NCBI GenBank assembly: GCA_965208835.1 | Contig: OZ242358.1 | Location: forward strand, 5,116,621 to 5,180,620 | From: Candidatus Latescibacterota bacterium | GTDB taxonomy: Bacteria > Latescibacterota > UBA2968 > GCA-2709665 | Direction of reading: 5' to 3' | Length of the DNA stretch: 64,000 bases | Shown: positions 45,359 through 55,913 of the stretch, one piece after another | Numbering within the stretch: the first letter of the stretch is position 1 | Layout: every line of letters begins with the position of its first letter | The notes under the pieces: model-generated | Told to the model about the DNA's origin: nothing | The model's database searches: none | Seen by the model: only the letters and a program-made list of their open reading frames with translations | Position numbers and translations under genes: made by a program

Positions 45359-47032
45359 ATGGCGCTGAACAAGTACAGTTCGCGGATTACGCAGGTGAAG
45401 TCCCAGGGCGCGTCCCAGGCGATGTTGTACGGAACGGGAATGACCGAAGCGGACATGGACAAGGCGCAGATCGGCATCGCCAGCATGTGGTACGAGGGCA
45501 ATACGTGCAATATGCACCTGCTGGATCTGGCGGCGAAGGTGAAGCAGGGCGTGGACGCTGCCGGTCTTCTGGGCATGCGATTCAACACGATTGGCGTGAG
45601 CGACGGGATCTCCATGGGCACGGAGGGCATGAGCTTTTCGCTCCAGTCGCGGGACCTTATCGCGGATTCGATTGAAACGGTAATGGGCGCGCAGTGGTAC
45701 GACGCCAATATTTCCCTGCCAGGCTGCGACAAGAACATGCCCGGGTGTGTGATGGCGATGGGGCGGCTGAACCGGCCGTCATTGATGATCTATGGAGGTA
45801 CGATCAAGCCCGGAATTCGCGACCACAAGAAACTCGATATCGTGTCGGCTTTTCAGAGTTACGGTGAGTACCTGGCGGGCGAACTGGACGAAGCGGGTCG
45901 GAAGGACGTTGTGCAGCATTCCTGTCCCGGCGCCGGAGCCTGCGGCGGGATGTACACCGCGAATACGATGGCGTCCGCCATCGAGGCGATGGGGATGTCG
46001 CTGCCCTACAGTTCTTCGACGCCGGCAGTGGACAAAGGCAAGCTGGAAGAGTGCTTCCAAGCCGGCGCGGCCATCCGCAATCTGCTCGAGCAGGATATCA
46101 AGCCACGGGACATTATGACCCGAGAGGCATTCGAGAACGCAATGGTCGTGGTGATGGCGCTCGGCGGGTCGACCAACGCGGTGCTGCACATGGTCGCAAT
46201 CGCAAAGTCCGTTGGCGTGTCCTTGACCATCGACGATTTCCAGGCAGTGAGCGACCGGGTGCCGTTGTTGGCGGACTTCAAGCCCAGCGGGCTGTATGTG
46301 ATGGAGGATCTGCACAACGTTGGCGGAACGCCCGGCGCGATGAAGGTTCTGCTGGAGAACGGCTTCCTGAATGGAGACTGCCTGACTGTAACCGGCCGGA
46401 CGATTGCTGAAAACCTCGCGGAGTTGCCTGGCCTGGACGAGGGACAGGAGGTGGTGCGGCCCGTGGACCGTCCGATCAAGACCACGGGGCATCTGCGCAT
46501 CCTGCGGGGAAACCTGGCGTCGGAGGGCGCGGTGGCCAAGATCACTGGGAAAGAAGGGGTGCGGTTCTCCGGTCCCGCGGCGGTTTTCGACCGGGAGGAG
46601 GACCTGCTTGGCGCCGTCGAACGAAACGAAGTGAAGAAGGGATGCGTGGTGGTCATCCGTTACGAGGGACCCACGGGCGGGCCGGGCATGCCGGAGATGC
46701 TCACGCCAACGTCGGTAATCATGGGCGCAGGCCTTGGCAATGACGTCGCCTTGATTACGGACGGACGGTTCTCGGGTGGATCGCACGGTTTCGTCGTCGG
46801 GCACATCACGCCCGAAGCGCAGGAGGGCGGCACGATCGCCCTTGTCGAGAATGGGGACGTGATTACAATCGACGCGGAAGCCAACGAGATCAGCGTGGAC
46901 CTGAGCGACGTGGAACTGGCCGAGCGGCGTGCGGCGTGGACCGCGCCTCCGTACAAAGCCTCGCAGGGGACGCTCTACAAATACATCAAGACCGTGACCA
47001 CGGCGTCCGAGGGATGCGTGACGGACGAATAA
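45359..47032 (+). CDS. ilvD: Dihydroxy-acid dehydratase
   Basis: 'EGNTCNMHL', 'GVSDGISMG', 'PGCDKNMPG', '[12 protein letters not shown]', 'GGSTNAVLH', '[11 protein letters not shown]'. Confidence 0.98.
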   Translation: MALNKYSSRITQVKSQGASQAMLYGTGMTEADMDKAQIGIASMWYEGNTCNMHLLDLAAKVKQGVDAAGLLGMRFNTIGVSDGISMGTEGMSFSLQSRDLIADSIETVMGAQWYDANISLPGCDKNMPGCVMAMGRLNRPSLMIYGGTIKPGIRDHKKLDIVSAFQSYGEYLAGELDEAGRKDVVQHSCPGAGACGGMYTANTMASAIEAMGMSLPYSSSTPAVDKGKLEECFQAGAAIRNLLEQDIKPRDIMTREAFENAMVVVMALGGSTNAVLHMVAIAKSVGVSLTIDDFQAVSDRVPLLADFKPSGLYVMEDLHNVGGTPGAMKVLLENGFLNGDCLTVTGRTIAENLAELPGLDEGQEVVRPVDRPIKTTGHLRILRGNLASEGAVAKITGKEGVRFSGPAAVFDREEDLLGAVERNEVKKGCVVVIRYEGPTGGPGMPEMLTPTSVIMGAGLGNDVALITDGRFSGGSHGFVVGHITPEAQEGGTIALVENGDVITIDAEANEISVDLSDVELAERRAAWTAPPYKASQGTLYKYIKTVTTASEGCVTDE

Positions 47033-47160
47033 AGGCGGGTAGACGTAAGACGGGAGAGGGGAGAGATTGCCTGCCTTGTGAGGTTTCTTCTCGTGCCGGA
47101 GGCAAGGAGGAATAACATACCGGGCAAGGATTTCTTCTACCGTCTACCGTCTCCCCTCTT
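47033..47160 (+). repeat. Structured intergenic repeat, copy B (between convergent ilvD and glpK)
   Basis: GCGGGTAGACGTAAG...GAGATTGCCTGCCTTGTGAGGTTTCTTCTCGTGCCGGAGGCAAGGAGGAATAACATACCGGGCAAGG...CTACCGTCT. Confidence 0.8.
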
Positions 47161-48655
47161 CCGGATTTTCCGGATTCCCGTGGTGGCGGGCGGTTCGAAC
47201 GGCGTGACGCCAGCGATTCAGCAGGGCGTCGCGCTTTTTCTTTGGCATGGCAGGTTCGAAGGTGCGTTCCGGTGGATTGAGATCTGAAAGTGCGTCAGGG
47301 CCCATCCAGAAACCGGTCGCAAGCCCCGCGAGCATGGCGGCGCCCAGGGCGGTGGTCTCGGTGTGGCGGGGGCGGATCACCGGCGTATCGAGAATATCGG
47401 CCTGGAATTGCATGAGGAAGTCGTTGGCGGAGGCGCCACCGTCAACCCTCATGCCGGCGACGGGACGCCCCGTGTCGGCGGTCATGGCATCCACCAGCGC
47501 GGCGCTCTGGTACGCGATGGATTCGAGGGCGGCGCGGGCGATGTGGGCGCGTTCGGTACCCCGGTTGATGCCGACGATCGTCCCGCGTGCGTCCGGATCC
47601 CAGTACGGCGCGCCGAGGCCGGTGAAGGCGGGGACGAGATAGACGCCGCCATTGTCCGGAACCGATCGCGCGAGCGCTTCGGTTTCGGACGCATTCGCGA
47701 TCAGACCGAGACCGTCGCGCAACCATTGGACGGCCGAGCCGGCGCTGAAGACGGAGCCCTCAAGGGCGAATGAGGGACGGCCGCGGGAATCGCATGCAAG
47801 CGTGGTGAGCAGGCCATTCCGCGACGGAAACGCTTCCGAGCCCGTGTGGAACAGGGCGAAGCAGCCGGTACCGTACGTGTTCTTTACGTCACCCTCGGAT
47901 ACGCCGCGCTGCCCGAAGAGCGCCGCCTGTTGGTCTCCTGCGATACCGGCAATGGGGATCCCTTCCGGCAGCGGACCCGCGCCCCGGGTGGTTCCGAACA
48001 CATGGGCCGAGCGATGAACCTCAGGGAGAATAGCCCGGGGGATGTTGAACGCGTCGAGAAGGTCCGGTTCCCATTCGCGCGAATGGATATTGAAACACAT
48101 GGTGCGGGAGGCATTGGTCAGGTCCGTCGCGTGAACGGCGCCCCCGGTGAGCCGGTAGAGGAGGTAGGCGTCGATCGTGCCAAAGCAGACGTCGCCGGCC
48201 TCCGCCCGGCGACGGAGCCGGGCTACGTTTTCCATTAACCAGACGATTTTGGTCGCGGAAAAGTAGGCGTCGATCACAAGCCCGGTCTTCATTCGGACCA
48301 TCTCTTCCAGGCCCTGCTCCCGGTAGCGCCGGCAAATGTCGGCGGTCCGGCGGCACTGCCACACGATGGCGTCGTGCACCGGTTCTCCGGTGCGACGGTC
48401 CCAGATGACCGTGGTTTCCCGCTGGTTGGCGATCCCGATACCCGCAACCTCGCACGGGCGGATGCCCGAGTTCCTGATCGCGTCGGCGATCACCGCGCAG
48501 GTGGAGCGCCAGATTTCATCCGCATTGTGAGAAACCCACCCGGGTTGAGGATAGATCTGGTTGAACTCCGCGTAGGCGCGGCCGACGATTTCGCCTCCGC
48601 TGTTGATGACGAGCACGGTCGTCCCGGTGGTGCCCTGGTCAATTGAGAGAATCAT
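47144..48655 (-). CDS. glpK: Glycerol kinase
   Basis: 'SIDQGTTGT', 'NQRETT', 'AIVWQCRRT', 'TNASRT', 'AGDQQAALFG', 'KNTYGTG', 'PAFTGLGAPYWD'. Alternative start at 48679. Confidence 0.97.
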   Translation of the reverse strand: MILSIDQGTTGTTVLVINSGGEIVGRAYAEFNQIYPQPGWVSHNADEIWRSTCAVIADAIRNSGIRPCEVAGIGIANQRETTVIWDRRTGEPVHDAIVWQCRRTADICRRYREQGLEEMVRMKTGLVIDAYFSATKIVWLMENVARLRRRAEAGDVCFGTIDAYLLYRLTGGAVHATDLTNASRTMCFNIHSREWEPDLLDAFNIPRAILPEVHRSAHVFGTTRGAGPLPEGIPIAGIAGDQQAALFGQRGVSEGDVKNTYGTGCFALFHTGSEAFPSRNGLLTTLACDSRGRPSFALEGSVFSAGSAVQWLRDGLGLIANASETEALARSVPDNGGVYLVPAFTGLGAPYWDPDARGTIVGINRGTERAHIARAALESIAYQSAALVDAMTADTGRPVAGMRVDGGASANDFLMQFQADILDTPVIRPRHTETTALGAAMLAGLATGFWMGPDALSDLNPPERTFEPAMPKKKRDALLNRWRHAVRTARHHGNPENPEEGRR

Positions 48656-48715
48656 AGAGACGTCCGGCGCGGATCGCACGCTTGAGTCTGATTGGGTCGC
48701 TGTCGCATCGCCATC

Positions 48716-49564
48716 TCACGAATCCCTTTCTTCGATCGGGATCGCCTGCTCTGATAATGCGCCCTCTTCCCATTTTTCCAGCCGAATTCCGCCATTTTCC
48801 AATACCGCATAAGTGCATTGCTGGATCCAGTCGCCCAGAACGACCAGTTCGCCTGTGCGTTCGCTTCGGGCATCTTTGTGGTCCCCGGGACGCATCTCCG
48901 TGACTGCCCGATCGCCTGGGGAACCTCCCACGCGGGCGTGGAGCGTGAAGTGGTAGTGGCCGTGGATGACGATGTCGACGCCCTGAGCGAATTTTTCCCG
49001 TGCGGCCCTGTAGAGAATGTCCCGGTTACCGGAGCCCCGCCTTCGGATCCGGTACTCTGACAGCCGGGAGGTGTACCTGGCGAGGACGGCCCCGAGGTCC
49101 GGATGAAGTAATCTGAACAGGGCCACGCAGAACCGGTTTTTCAGAATGCCCCGGCTGAGGCGGAACCGCCAGTCGGTCCGGATTTCGTCTCCGTGGGCAA
49201 TGTGGATCCTGAGGTCCTGGTGGGTAACCGTGATCGGGCCGCCCGGCAGTTCAACGCCAAGTTGGCCGGAGAAGTATTCGCCCGGCCACAGGTCGTGATT
49301 CCCCGGCAGGTAGATCACGCGAACGCCCGCGTCCACAAGGTTGTACAGTTCGAACAGGATTCGTGCGCCATTTGAAGGGATCGTCGTGCGGTACTCGAAC
49401 CAGAAGTCAAAGAGGTCGCCGACGATGTATAACGCCCGCGCGTCGCGCCGGATGGATTTCAGGAAGTCGATCAGGACGTCTTCCCGCTCGCGAGCGCTGC
49501 CATCCAGGTCGGGCGCTCCTATATGGACGTCTGAGATGAAATAGATCCGTTCCAATGTCGTCAC
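48716..49564 (-). CDS. lpxH: UDP-2,3-diacylglucosamine diphosphatase-like metallophosphoesterase
   Basis: 'FISDVH', 'GDLFDFWFEY', 'GNHD', 'HGD', 'GHYH', 'LGDW'. Confidence 0.8.
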   Translation of the reverse strand: MTTLERIYFISDVHIGAPDLDGSAREREDVLIDFLKSIRRDARALYIVGDLFDFWFEYRTTIPSNGARILFELYNLVDAGVRVIYLPGNHDLWPGEYFSGQLGVELPGGPITVTHQDLRIHIAHGDEIRTDWRFRLSRGILKNRFCVALFRLLHPDLGAVLARYTSRLSEYRIRRRGSGNRDILYRAAREKFAQGVDIVIHGHYHFTLHARVGGSPGDRAVTEMRPGDHKDARSERTGELVVLGDWIQQCTYAVLENGGIRLEKWEEGALSEQAIPIEERDS

Positions 49565-49601
49565 CGATGTCGGGAAAAGCAGCTGTCAGCCAAAACCAAA
49601 G

Positions 49602-49812
49602 AGCGGGTAGACGTAAGCCGGGAGACGGTAGAGAACCACCCCCCGCCCCACCACCTGGTGAGAAGGTAGACGGGAGAGGGTAGAGATTGCCTGCCTTGCA
49701 AGGTTTCTTCTCACGCCGCAGGCTAGTCGGAGGAACATATTGGCAAGGGCTTCTTCTCCCGTCTCACCTCTACCGTCTCCCCGCATTTCTTCTACCGGCT
49801 TCCCTCTACCGT
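49602..49812 (+). repeat. Structured intergenic repeat, copy C
   Basis: Same arms and core (GAGATTGCCTGCCTTGCAAGGTTTCTTCTC...GGAGGAACATATTGGCAAGG), with an expanded left arm. Confidence 0.8.
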
Positions 49813-51993
49813 CTAACGGTTTTCTCTCAGCAACTGCCTGATAACGGACGCCTGGGGATCGTTTGGATTCAGTTCCAGCACCCTTCGAAGGTTGGCTCTT
49901 GCTTCCTCCAATCGATTCAGCGCGCCATAGGCCAGGCCCAGGTTGAAGTAGGCGTTCGTGAGCCGGGGGTTGATCTGAATGGCTTTCTGAAGGTACGGGA
50001 TCGCCTTTTCAAACTGACCCATATTGTGGTAGGTCCCGCCAATGTTCAGGTAAGTCTGAGCGTTGGCCAGGGCGGGTTGCAGCTCGAGCGCGGTCTCGAG
50101 GTGCTCAACGGCCTCTTCGTACCGTCCCAGGCCATGGAATGACGCGCCTATATTAACGTGCGCGCCCGGGTGTCCGGGTTGTCGTTCAAGCGCTTTCCTG
50201 AGCGGGTCCAGGGCTTCGTTGTATCTTCCCGCCTCGTTGTAGGCGGCGCCGAGATTGACAAGCCCGAGCGCGCCTTGCGGCTGGAGTTCAACCGCTTTCC
50301 TGAGGTGGTCTATCGCGGCCGCGTGCCGCCCTGCGCCCAGGTATGCAGTACCCAGATTGATATGCGCCTCAGCCAGGTCGGGCTGGATTTCCGTTGCCTT
50401 CCTGAGGTGTTCGATCCCGCGATCCGGCCGACCGAGGTCGCAATAAATGATTCCCACGGACAACCAGTGGCGCGGATTCTGCGGATTCGCATCCAGCGCA
50501 CGCTTATAGGCGTTCAGCGCGGGTACCGTCTTCCCCCGCAGCCGGTAGTACGTTCCGAGTGTCTCCCATCCGTAGGATGCGGCATGCCCGTTCAGCCTGC
50601 CCATGAGGTGTACGTATCGGGTCTCGGCGGCCGCGGGGTTGGCGTTCAGGCCTATCCACAGCAGGGTGTGCAGGGCGGCGGCCGCGCAAATGACAGAGAC
50701 GCTTCGGTGGGTCCGCTCGTCCTGACGACGGCGTTCCAGCAGCGCCGCGGCGGCCCAGAGTGTGAGCGGCAGGGCCGGAAGCGCCAGGATGTCCCAATCT
50801 CTGAAGGCGCCGATTTCAGGGTTTGCAATAAACGTGAAGAAGAGTGGGACCGCGGCGGCCGAAAGCAGGAATGAATGGTGACGACAGTCCTTTCCACCGA
50901 ACAGAAACACCGCCATCGCCGCTGCGGGGGCCGACAGGATCTGCAGATTGACAAAATCCAGCAGATGGGAGACGGAGGCGATGCTGTAGGGCACGTGAAA
51001 GCCCGGATCGGCAAACAGCGGGAGAATGTGGTGTTTCCCACCGGTCCGCTCCAGAAAGGCGCCGAAGTCGAAGCCGGCGATCCAGAAGACGAGCAGGGTG
51101 GCCAGCGGGGCACTGCAAATCGCGGCCAGTTTGTCCGCGACGTTTTTCCATCGCGGCATCGACGTCTCGCGGCGCCGATATCCGCAGTACCCGAGGATGA
51201 GCAGGGAGGGCGCAAAGAGAACAAACAGAAAGTGGAACGGAACGAGCAGTCCCAGCACCAGCGCGGGCACATAGAGGGGCGCCCGGCCTTCCAGACTCCG
51301 AAGACCCGCCAGCAGATACAGCAGACTGGCCGGCATATAGAAAGCATAGTTCTCCACGTATCCGAAGAAGAGCTGCACGTATCCACCGGTGAGAAGGAAG
51401 GCGAATACCACGGATTTCTCACGGCCGTTCCTTCCGAGGGCGCCGGCCGTGGCGAAAGCCAGCACCAGATAGAGAAGGCCGGAAGCATAGCTGTAGACAC
51501 GGTACGTGTTTTCGGCGGTTCGCCAGAGCGCGGCGCCTGCGTCATGCAGGAGTCGAATCAGAGCGAAGGTGAGCGGCGCCCGGTCGACGCGCTCTGTCAT
51601 GCCGGCCTCCAGTTCCCGCAAATAGAGATAGCCGTCGCCCAGGAGGTGCCGCGCCGACTGCAACGCCATGAATCCGGCAAGAGCCAGCAGAATGAACAGC
51701 GTGCGGACGATCCAGGTCAGGACGCCTTTGCCCCAGAGTGCGTCGGGAAGCGCCGCGACGAGAGCGTGAACCCGTGCCCGAACGCACGGAACGAAAGCGA
51801 GTATCGCGAGCAGGATGAAAACAGCCCGCAGCGAATCAGGATAATAGTAGAGAAGGTCAGCGCCCCAGAAGGGATTGGGACGCCAGTAGGCGAGAAGAAC
51901 GTGGAGACCCAGGAACGCGGCTGCGACGGTCGCGGGTTGCCGGATTCCGATGTGGCGTTGCCGCTTTGATTTTCGCGCTTGTCTCCGGCTCAA
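49813..51993 (-). CDS. Polytopic membrane protein (GT-C glycosyltransferase-like) with C-terminal TPR array
   Basis: About 12 hydrophobic segments with 'LLGDG', 'QLFFGYVENY', 'RDWD' loop motifs, followed by about 7 TPRs. The GT-C call is inferred. Confidence 0.7.
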   Translation of the reverse strand: MSRRQARKSKRQRHIGIRQPATVAAAFLGLHVLLAYWRPNPFWGADLLYYYPDSLRAVFILLAILAFVPCVRARVHALVAALPDALWGKGVLTWIVRTLFILLALAGFMALQSARHLLGDGYLYLRELEAGMTERVDRAPLTFALIRLLHDAGAALWRTAENTYRVYSYASGLLYLVLAFATAGALGRNGREKSVVFAFLLTGGYVQLFFGYVENYAFYMPASLLYLLAGLRSLEGRAPLYVPALVLGLLVPFHFLFVLFAPSLLILGYCGYRRRETSMPRWKNVADKLAAICSAPLATLLVFWIAGFDFGAFLERTGGKHHILPLFADPGFHVPYSIASVSHLLDFVNLQILSAPAAAMAVFLFGGKDCRHHSFLLSAAAVPLFFTFIANPEIGAFRDWDILALPALPLTLWAAAALLERRRQDERTHRSVSVICAAAALHTLLWIGLNANPAAAETRYVHLMGRLNGHAASYGWETLGTYYRLRGKTVPALNAYKRALDANPQNPRHWLSVGIIYCDLGRPDRGIEHLRKATEIQPDLAEAHINLGTAYLGAGRHAAAIDHLRKAVELQPQGALGLVNLGAAYNEAGRYNEALDPLRKALERQPGHPGAHVNIGASFHGLGRYEEAVEHLETALELQPALANAQTYLNIGGTYHNMGQFEKAIPYLQKAIQINPRLTNAYFNLGLAYGALNRLEEARANLRRVLELNPNDPQASVIRQLLRENR

Positions 51994-52033
51994 CTTCCGG
52001 ACCCTCCTGCTGTGTGCGGGACGGTTTTCTCGC

Positions 52034-52062
52034 TTGACGCGTGCACCCGATAAGGATATGTT
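52034..52062 (+). promoter_or_regulatory. sigma70-type promoter
   Basis: TTGACG, 17 bp, TATGTT, upstream of the reductase. Confidence 0.45.
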
Positions 52063-52276
52063 AAAACGTACCTCGTGATGAATCTATTCCGCCCTTGTGC
52101 TTCTGAGACCTATTCAGCCCGACAATAAAGTCCATCCGGGCTGCGGCCGGCCCTTGCGGTCGAAATACTGCGTTGCGCTCCCTCGCCGAATCGAAGGATG
52201 GGACTCGGTCGCACGCCTTGTCCTCGTCCACAATCGCTCGGCCTCGCATGCAGAGCGACTTTATCATCGGACTGCT

Positions 52277-53530
52277 ATGCCGGATCCTCAACGAACCACC
52301 TATGATGTCATAATCGTCGGCGCGGGCCCGGCGGGCGCCGCCGCAGCACTGTACGCGTCGCGGCACGGTCTCAAGACCCTTCTCCTGGACAAGTCCACTT
52401 TTCCAAGAGACAAGATCTGCGGCGACGCCCTGTCGGGGAAAGCCGTAGCCATTCTGCTCGAACTCGGCCTTCTCGAAAAGACCCGGGACCTGCCCGGAGC
52501 GCTTATCAACAAGATCGTTTTCAGCAGCCCCGATCACGTGGATGCCTGGATCGACCTGGAGCGGCATACCCTTCACGACATCGGTACCGGGCGGAATATC
52601 CCCATGGAGGGATTTGTCATCCGCCGGACGGTTTTTGACGCCTTTCTCTTCCAGGAAGCCCGAAACAGTGTCGACGCATGCATCGAGGGATTTACGGTTA
52701 AAGACCTGGTTCGGCAGAATGGGACCGTCAGTGGTGTAACCGGAAGCGCCAACGGACAGCAGCAGACTTACCGCGCCAACCTGGTCCTGGGATGCGACGG
52801 CTTCAATTCCATCGTCGCGCGGCGGACCGGGCAATATCGCCACGACGGCCGTCACTGGGTTGTTGCACTGCGTTGCTACTACGAAAACGTGACGGGACTG
52901 AAGGACCAGATTGAACTGCACTTCGTCAACGAAGTCCTGCCGGGGTACTTCTGGGCCTTCCCCCTTGAGAACGGCTATGCGAACGTCGGCATCGGCATGC
53001 TACACAGCAGCCTCAAGCGCCGCAAGGTCAATCTGAAGGACGCGCTGCAGCAGGTGATCAGCCGCCCGCCTTTCGACCGGCGGTTTGCCGATGCGCGGGC
53101 CATGGAAGAACCCATCGGATGGAATCTGCCCATTGGCAGCATCCGCAGGAAGAGCTATGGCAACGGGTTCATGCTGCTGGGCGACGCCGCCGGGCTGATC
53201 GACCCCTTCACGGGGGAGGGCATCGGAAACGCCCTTTACGCCGCGCGTTTCGCAACGCAGGTCGCCGCGGAAGCCAAATCGGCGAATAACTTCAGCGAAG
53301 CCTTCCTGAAACGATACGAAGACCGACTCTGGGATGCAATTGGCGACGAACTCAGAACCAGCAAGCGCCTGCAGGATCTGGGCCGCTGGCGTCCCCTGCT
53401 CAACCTCGTCATTCAAAAAGCAGCGCGGAATCAACAGATCAGCGATCTCATCACCGGCATGATCGCCAACGCCGTTCCCAAGAAAAAGCTCTTCAGCCCG
53501 TTTTTTTATTTCGGGCTCCTCTTCAAGTAA
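52277..53530 (+). CDS. Geranylgeranyl reductase-family FAD-dependent oxidoreductase
   Basis: 'YDVIIVGAGPAG', 'FPRDKICGD', 'PGYFWAFP...ANVGIG', 'GDAAGLIDPFTGEGI'. Confidence 0.92.
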   Translation: MPDPQRTTYDVIIVGAGPAGAAAALYASRHGLKTLLLDKSTFPRDKICGDALSGKAVAILLELGLLEKTRDLPGALINKIVFSSPDHVDAWIDLERHTLHDIGTGRNIPMEGFVIRRTVFDAFLFQEARNSVDACIEGFTVKDLVRQNGTVSGVTGSANGQQQTYRANLVLGCDGFNSIVARRTGQYRHDGRHWVVALRCYYENVTGLKDQIELHFVNEVLPGYFWAFPLENGYANVGIGMLHSSLKRRKVNLKDALQQVISRPPFDRRFADARAMEEPIGWNLPIGSIRRKSYGNGFMLLGDAAGLIDPFTGEGIGNALYAARFATQVAAEAKSANNFSEAFLKRYEDRLWDAIGDELRTSKRLQDLGRWRPLLNLVIQKAARNQQISDLITGMIANAVPKKKLFSPFFYFGLLFK

Positions 53531-53561
53531 TAAACTGATCGCTCACAAAGGAGGACGCAAC

Positions 53562-54497
53562 ATGAAATCTCCGTGCACCTCTTCGTTCCTGTGTCTCGCC
53601 GTTCTATTTTCGATCGGTGCATCCATGCATGCCAGGGAGAAAGTCACCCTTCACGTCACGTATCCGGACGGACGCACCGTCAAGTATAAGCACAAATATT
53701 CCGTGGCCTTCAAGAGCGACCGCTCGGAAGTGATCGTGCCGGGACGCACCAGGCGCGGATTTACCTCCGGCGAGATCAGAGGCGAGTGGCGAAGCCGGGA
53801 AATTGTCCATGCCGGTGCGGATGGTGAATCCGAAGAGAAAGCCACCCGCCTTGTCGCAAAGGTCAGCAAGGCCGTCAACGGCTTTTTCTTCGAGAACAAA
53901 CGTCTCACGCACGACCAGTTCCCATATACGCTGGAGCAGTTGGACGACTGGGAACTCACGTGGTTTCTCTCGCCGGACGGAACGGTTCAGCGGCACACAA
54001 GCGATAAATCCCCGCGAGAACTCAACCGCCCGGACATCCTCACGGACCTGTTGCAGGTCTGGTCGCCCGAACTTCACCCGGTATTTCCGCAGAACCCGGT
54101 CGGCCCCGGTGACACCTGGACCGGCGAAACGAACTTCAAAACGCCGATCCTGGTTCTGGATGACGAAGCCGTGGTCGAAGTCAAGAGTACTTACAAAGTG
54201 AAAAACGTCACCACGAAGAAGGGCAATAAAGTCGTCACGCTTGAGGAAGACAGAAATGTCCGTTTCAAAGCCATTCTCAATATTGGCTCTCTTCACCTGG
54301 TCGTCGACGGTACCGGAGAAGGCCAGGGCACCTGGGTCATCGACGCCACCCGCGGCATCGTCATTTCACACAAAGTGCGGACGAACCTCACGCGCCCCGA
54401 GGTAAGACGAATAGACCACCGGAAACCCGTGGACAACATCCGCGCCGAAATCGACCTTTCCTACGAACGGAAACTGGATAAGGTGGAGAAGGAATAA
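53562..54497 (+). CDS. Exported beta-rich hypothetical protein (DUF6263-like)
   Basis: RBS AAGGAGG, signal peptide, 'FPQNPVGPGDTW' motif. Confidence 0.65.
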   Translation: MKSPCTSSFLCLAVLFSIGASMHAREKVTLHVTYPDGRTVKYKHKYSVAFKSDRSEVIVPGRTRRGFTSGEIRGEWRSREIVHAGADGESEEKATRLVAKVSKAVNGFFFENKRLTHDQFPYTLEQLDDWELTWFLSPDGTVQRHTSDKSPRELNRPDILTDLLQVWSPELHPVFPQNPVGPGDTWTGETNFKTPILVLDDEAVVEVKSTYKVKNVTTKKGNKVVTLEEDRNVRFKAILNIGSLHLVVDGTGEGQGTWVIDATRGIVISHKVRTNLTRPEVRRIDHRKPVDNIRAEIDLSYERKLDKVEKE

Positions 54498-54534
54498 AAA
54501 AACAGCGATCAGCTATCAGCAGTCAGCGAGAAGC

Positions 54535-54635
54535 GGGCGCCCACAAGGGGCGCCCCTACAATTTCCTTCATTCATTATGATTTGAATCCAAATCGCATTT
54601 CCCCTACCGTGTAGGGGCAACCCTTGTGGTTGCCC
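54535..54635. repeat. Inverted pair of GTAG-family REP palindromes
   Basis: GGGCGCCCACAAGGGGCGCCCCTACA (54535-54560) and TGTAGGGGCAACCCTTGTGGTTGCCC (54610-54635). Confidence 0.75.
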
Positions 54636-54649
54636 CCGTCTCGGCATCC

Positions 54650-55534
54650 ATGCGCGACCAGAATAAAGCCTACCTCTTCGCCATAGCCACGGTTCTTCTC
54701 TGGTCGACCGTCGCCTCCGCCTTCAAGATCACCCTTCGATACCTGGACCCCCTGCAGCTTCTTTTCTATGCAAGCCTGGCGTCCGCCTTCACCCTGGCGC
54801 TCATTGTCGCAATCCAGGGCAAAAGAAGCCTGATCTTCTCGTACTCAAAGCGACAATACCTGAAGTCCCTCCTGCTGGGTCTGCTCAACCCGTGCCTCTA
54901 CTACGTGATCCTGTTCAAGGCTTACGATCTTCTGCCTGCTCAGGAAGCTCAGCCCCTGAACTACACCTGGGCGATCACACTCTCGCTCCTGTCCATTCCT
55001 CTATTGAGACAACGCATCAGACCGCGGGAAATCCTCGCCGGGTTCGTGTGTTATTCCGGCGTCCTGGTCATCTCCACGCGCGGCAACCTCCTGGACTTCG
55101 GGCTGTCTGATCCGCTCGGCGTGACACTGGCCCTCGCCAGCACGATCGTCTGGGCCCTGTACTGGATCTACAACACGCGTGATGACCGGGACGTGGTCGT
55201 AGGCCTTTTCCTGAACTTCACGTTTGCCCTGCCATTCATATTCGTCCTTTGTCTGCTCTTCTCGGAAATCCGTATATCCAGTCTCAACGGCCTGATGGGC
55301 GCCGCGTACGTCGGCATCGTCGAAATGGGCATCGCCTTTGTGTTCTGGCTCATCGCCTTACGCCTCTCGGAGACAACGGCCAGAGTTGCCAACCTGATCT
55401 TCATCTCTCCATTCGTCTCCCTGTTCTTCATCCATTTCCTTGTCGGCGAAGCAATCCTGCCGTCCACCCCGATCGGGCTGATTCTCATCGTCGCCGGCCT
55501 GCTTATCCAGCGTCCCGGTTCGCGATCGACCTGA
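54650..55534 (+). CDS. DMT/EamA-family transporter
   Basis: About 10 TM helices; 'LLWSTVASAFK', 'YDLLPAQEAQPLNYTW', 'NLIFISPF'. Confidence 0.9.
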   Translation: MRDQNKAYLFAIATVLLWSTVASAFKITLRYLDPLQLLFYASLASAFTLALIVAIQGKRSLIFSYSKRQYLKSLLLGLLNPCLYYVILFKAYDLLPAQEAQPLNYTWAITLSLLSIPLLRQRIRPREILAGFVCYSGVLVISTRGNLLDFGLSDPLGVTLALASTIVWALYWIYNTRDDRDVVVGLFLNFTFALPFIFVLCLLFSEIRISSLNGLMGAAYVGIVEMGIAFVFWLIALRLSETTARVANLIFISPFVSLFFIHFLVGEAILPSTPIGLILIVAGLLIQRPGSRST

Positions 55535-55552
55535 AAAGCCAGGAATGATCTC

Positions 55553-55587
55553 TTGACATTTTATCCTGAAGTTACCATATTGGGAAC
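55553..55587 (+). promoter_or_regulatory. higBA promoter with overlapping imperfect palindromic operator
   Basis: TTGACA, 17 bp, CATATT; palindrome GTTACCATATTGGGAAC (55571-55587) covers the -10 box. Confidence 0.65.
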
Positions 55588-55616
55588 ATAGGCACTGCGT
55601 ATCAAGGTAATCAACC

Positions 55617-55913
55617 ATGCACGTTATCACACGCAAGAGACTCCTGGAATTCTGGAGAAAGCATTCGGATTCCCAGAGGCCCCTGAAAGCCTGGCTGGCC
55701 ATCGTAAGGTCAAAAAGCTATCTCAGCCCCTACGAAGTTCGACGTGACTTTCCTTCTGCGAGTTTCCTCGGAGGAACGCGAACGATTTTCAACATCGGAG
55801 GCAACAAATACAGGCTGATTGTCGATATGCGGTACGACCTCGGGAGGATCTACATCCGACACGTGCTTACACACGAAGAATACAACAGAAGATCTCGAAT
55901 TGGCGACTTATAA
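55617..55913 (+). CDS. higB: HigB-family toxin (mRNA interferase)
   Basis: 'MHVITRKRLLEFW...FPSAS...IFNIGGNKYRLI...LTHEEY'. Confidence 0.92.
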   Translation: MHVITRKRLLEFWRKHSDSQRPLKAWLAIVRSKSYLSPYEVRRDFPSASFLGGTRTIFNIGGNKYRLIVDMRYDLGRIYIRHVLTHEEYNRRSRIGDL

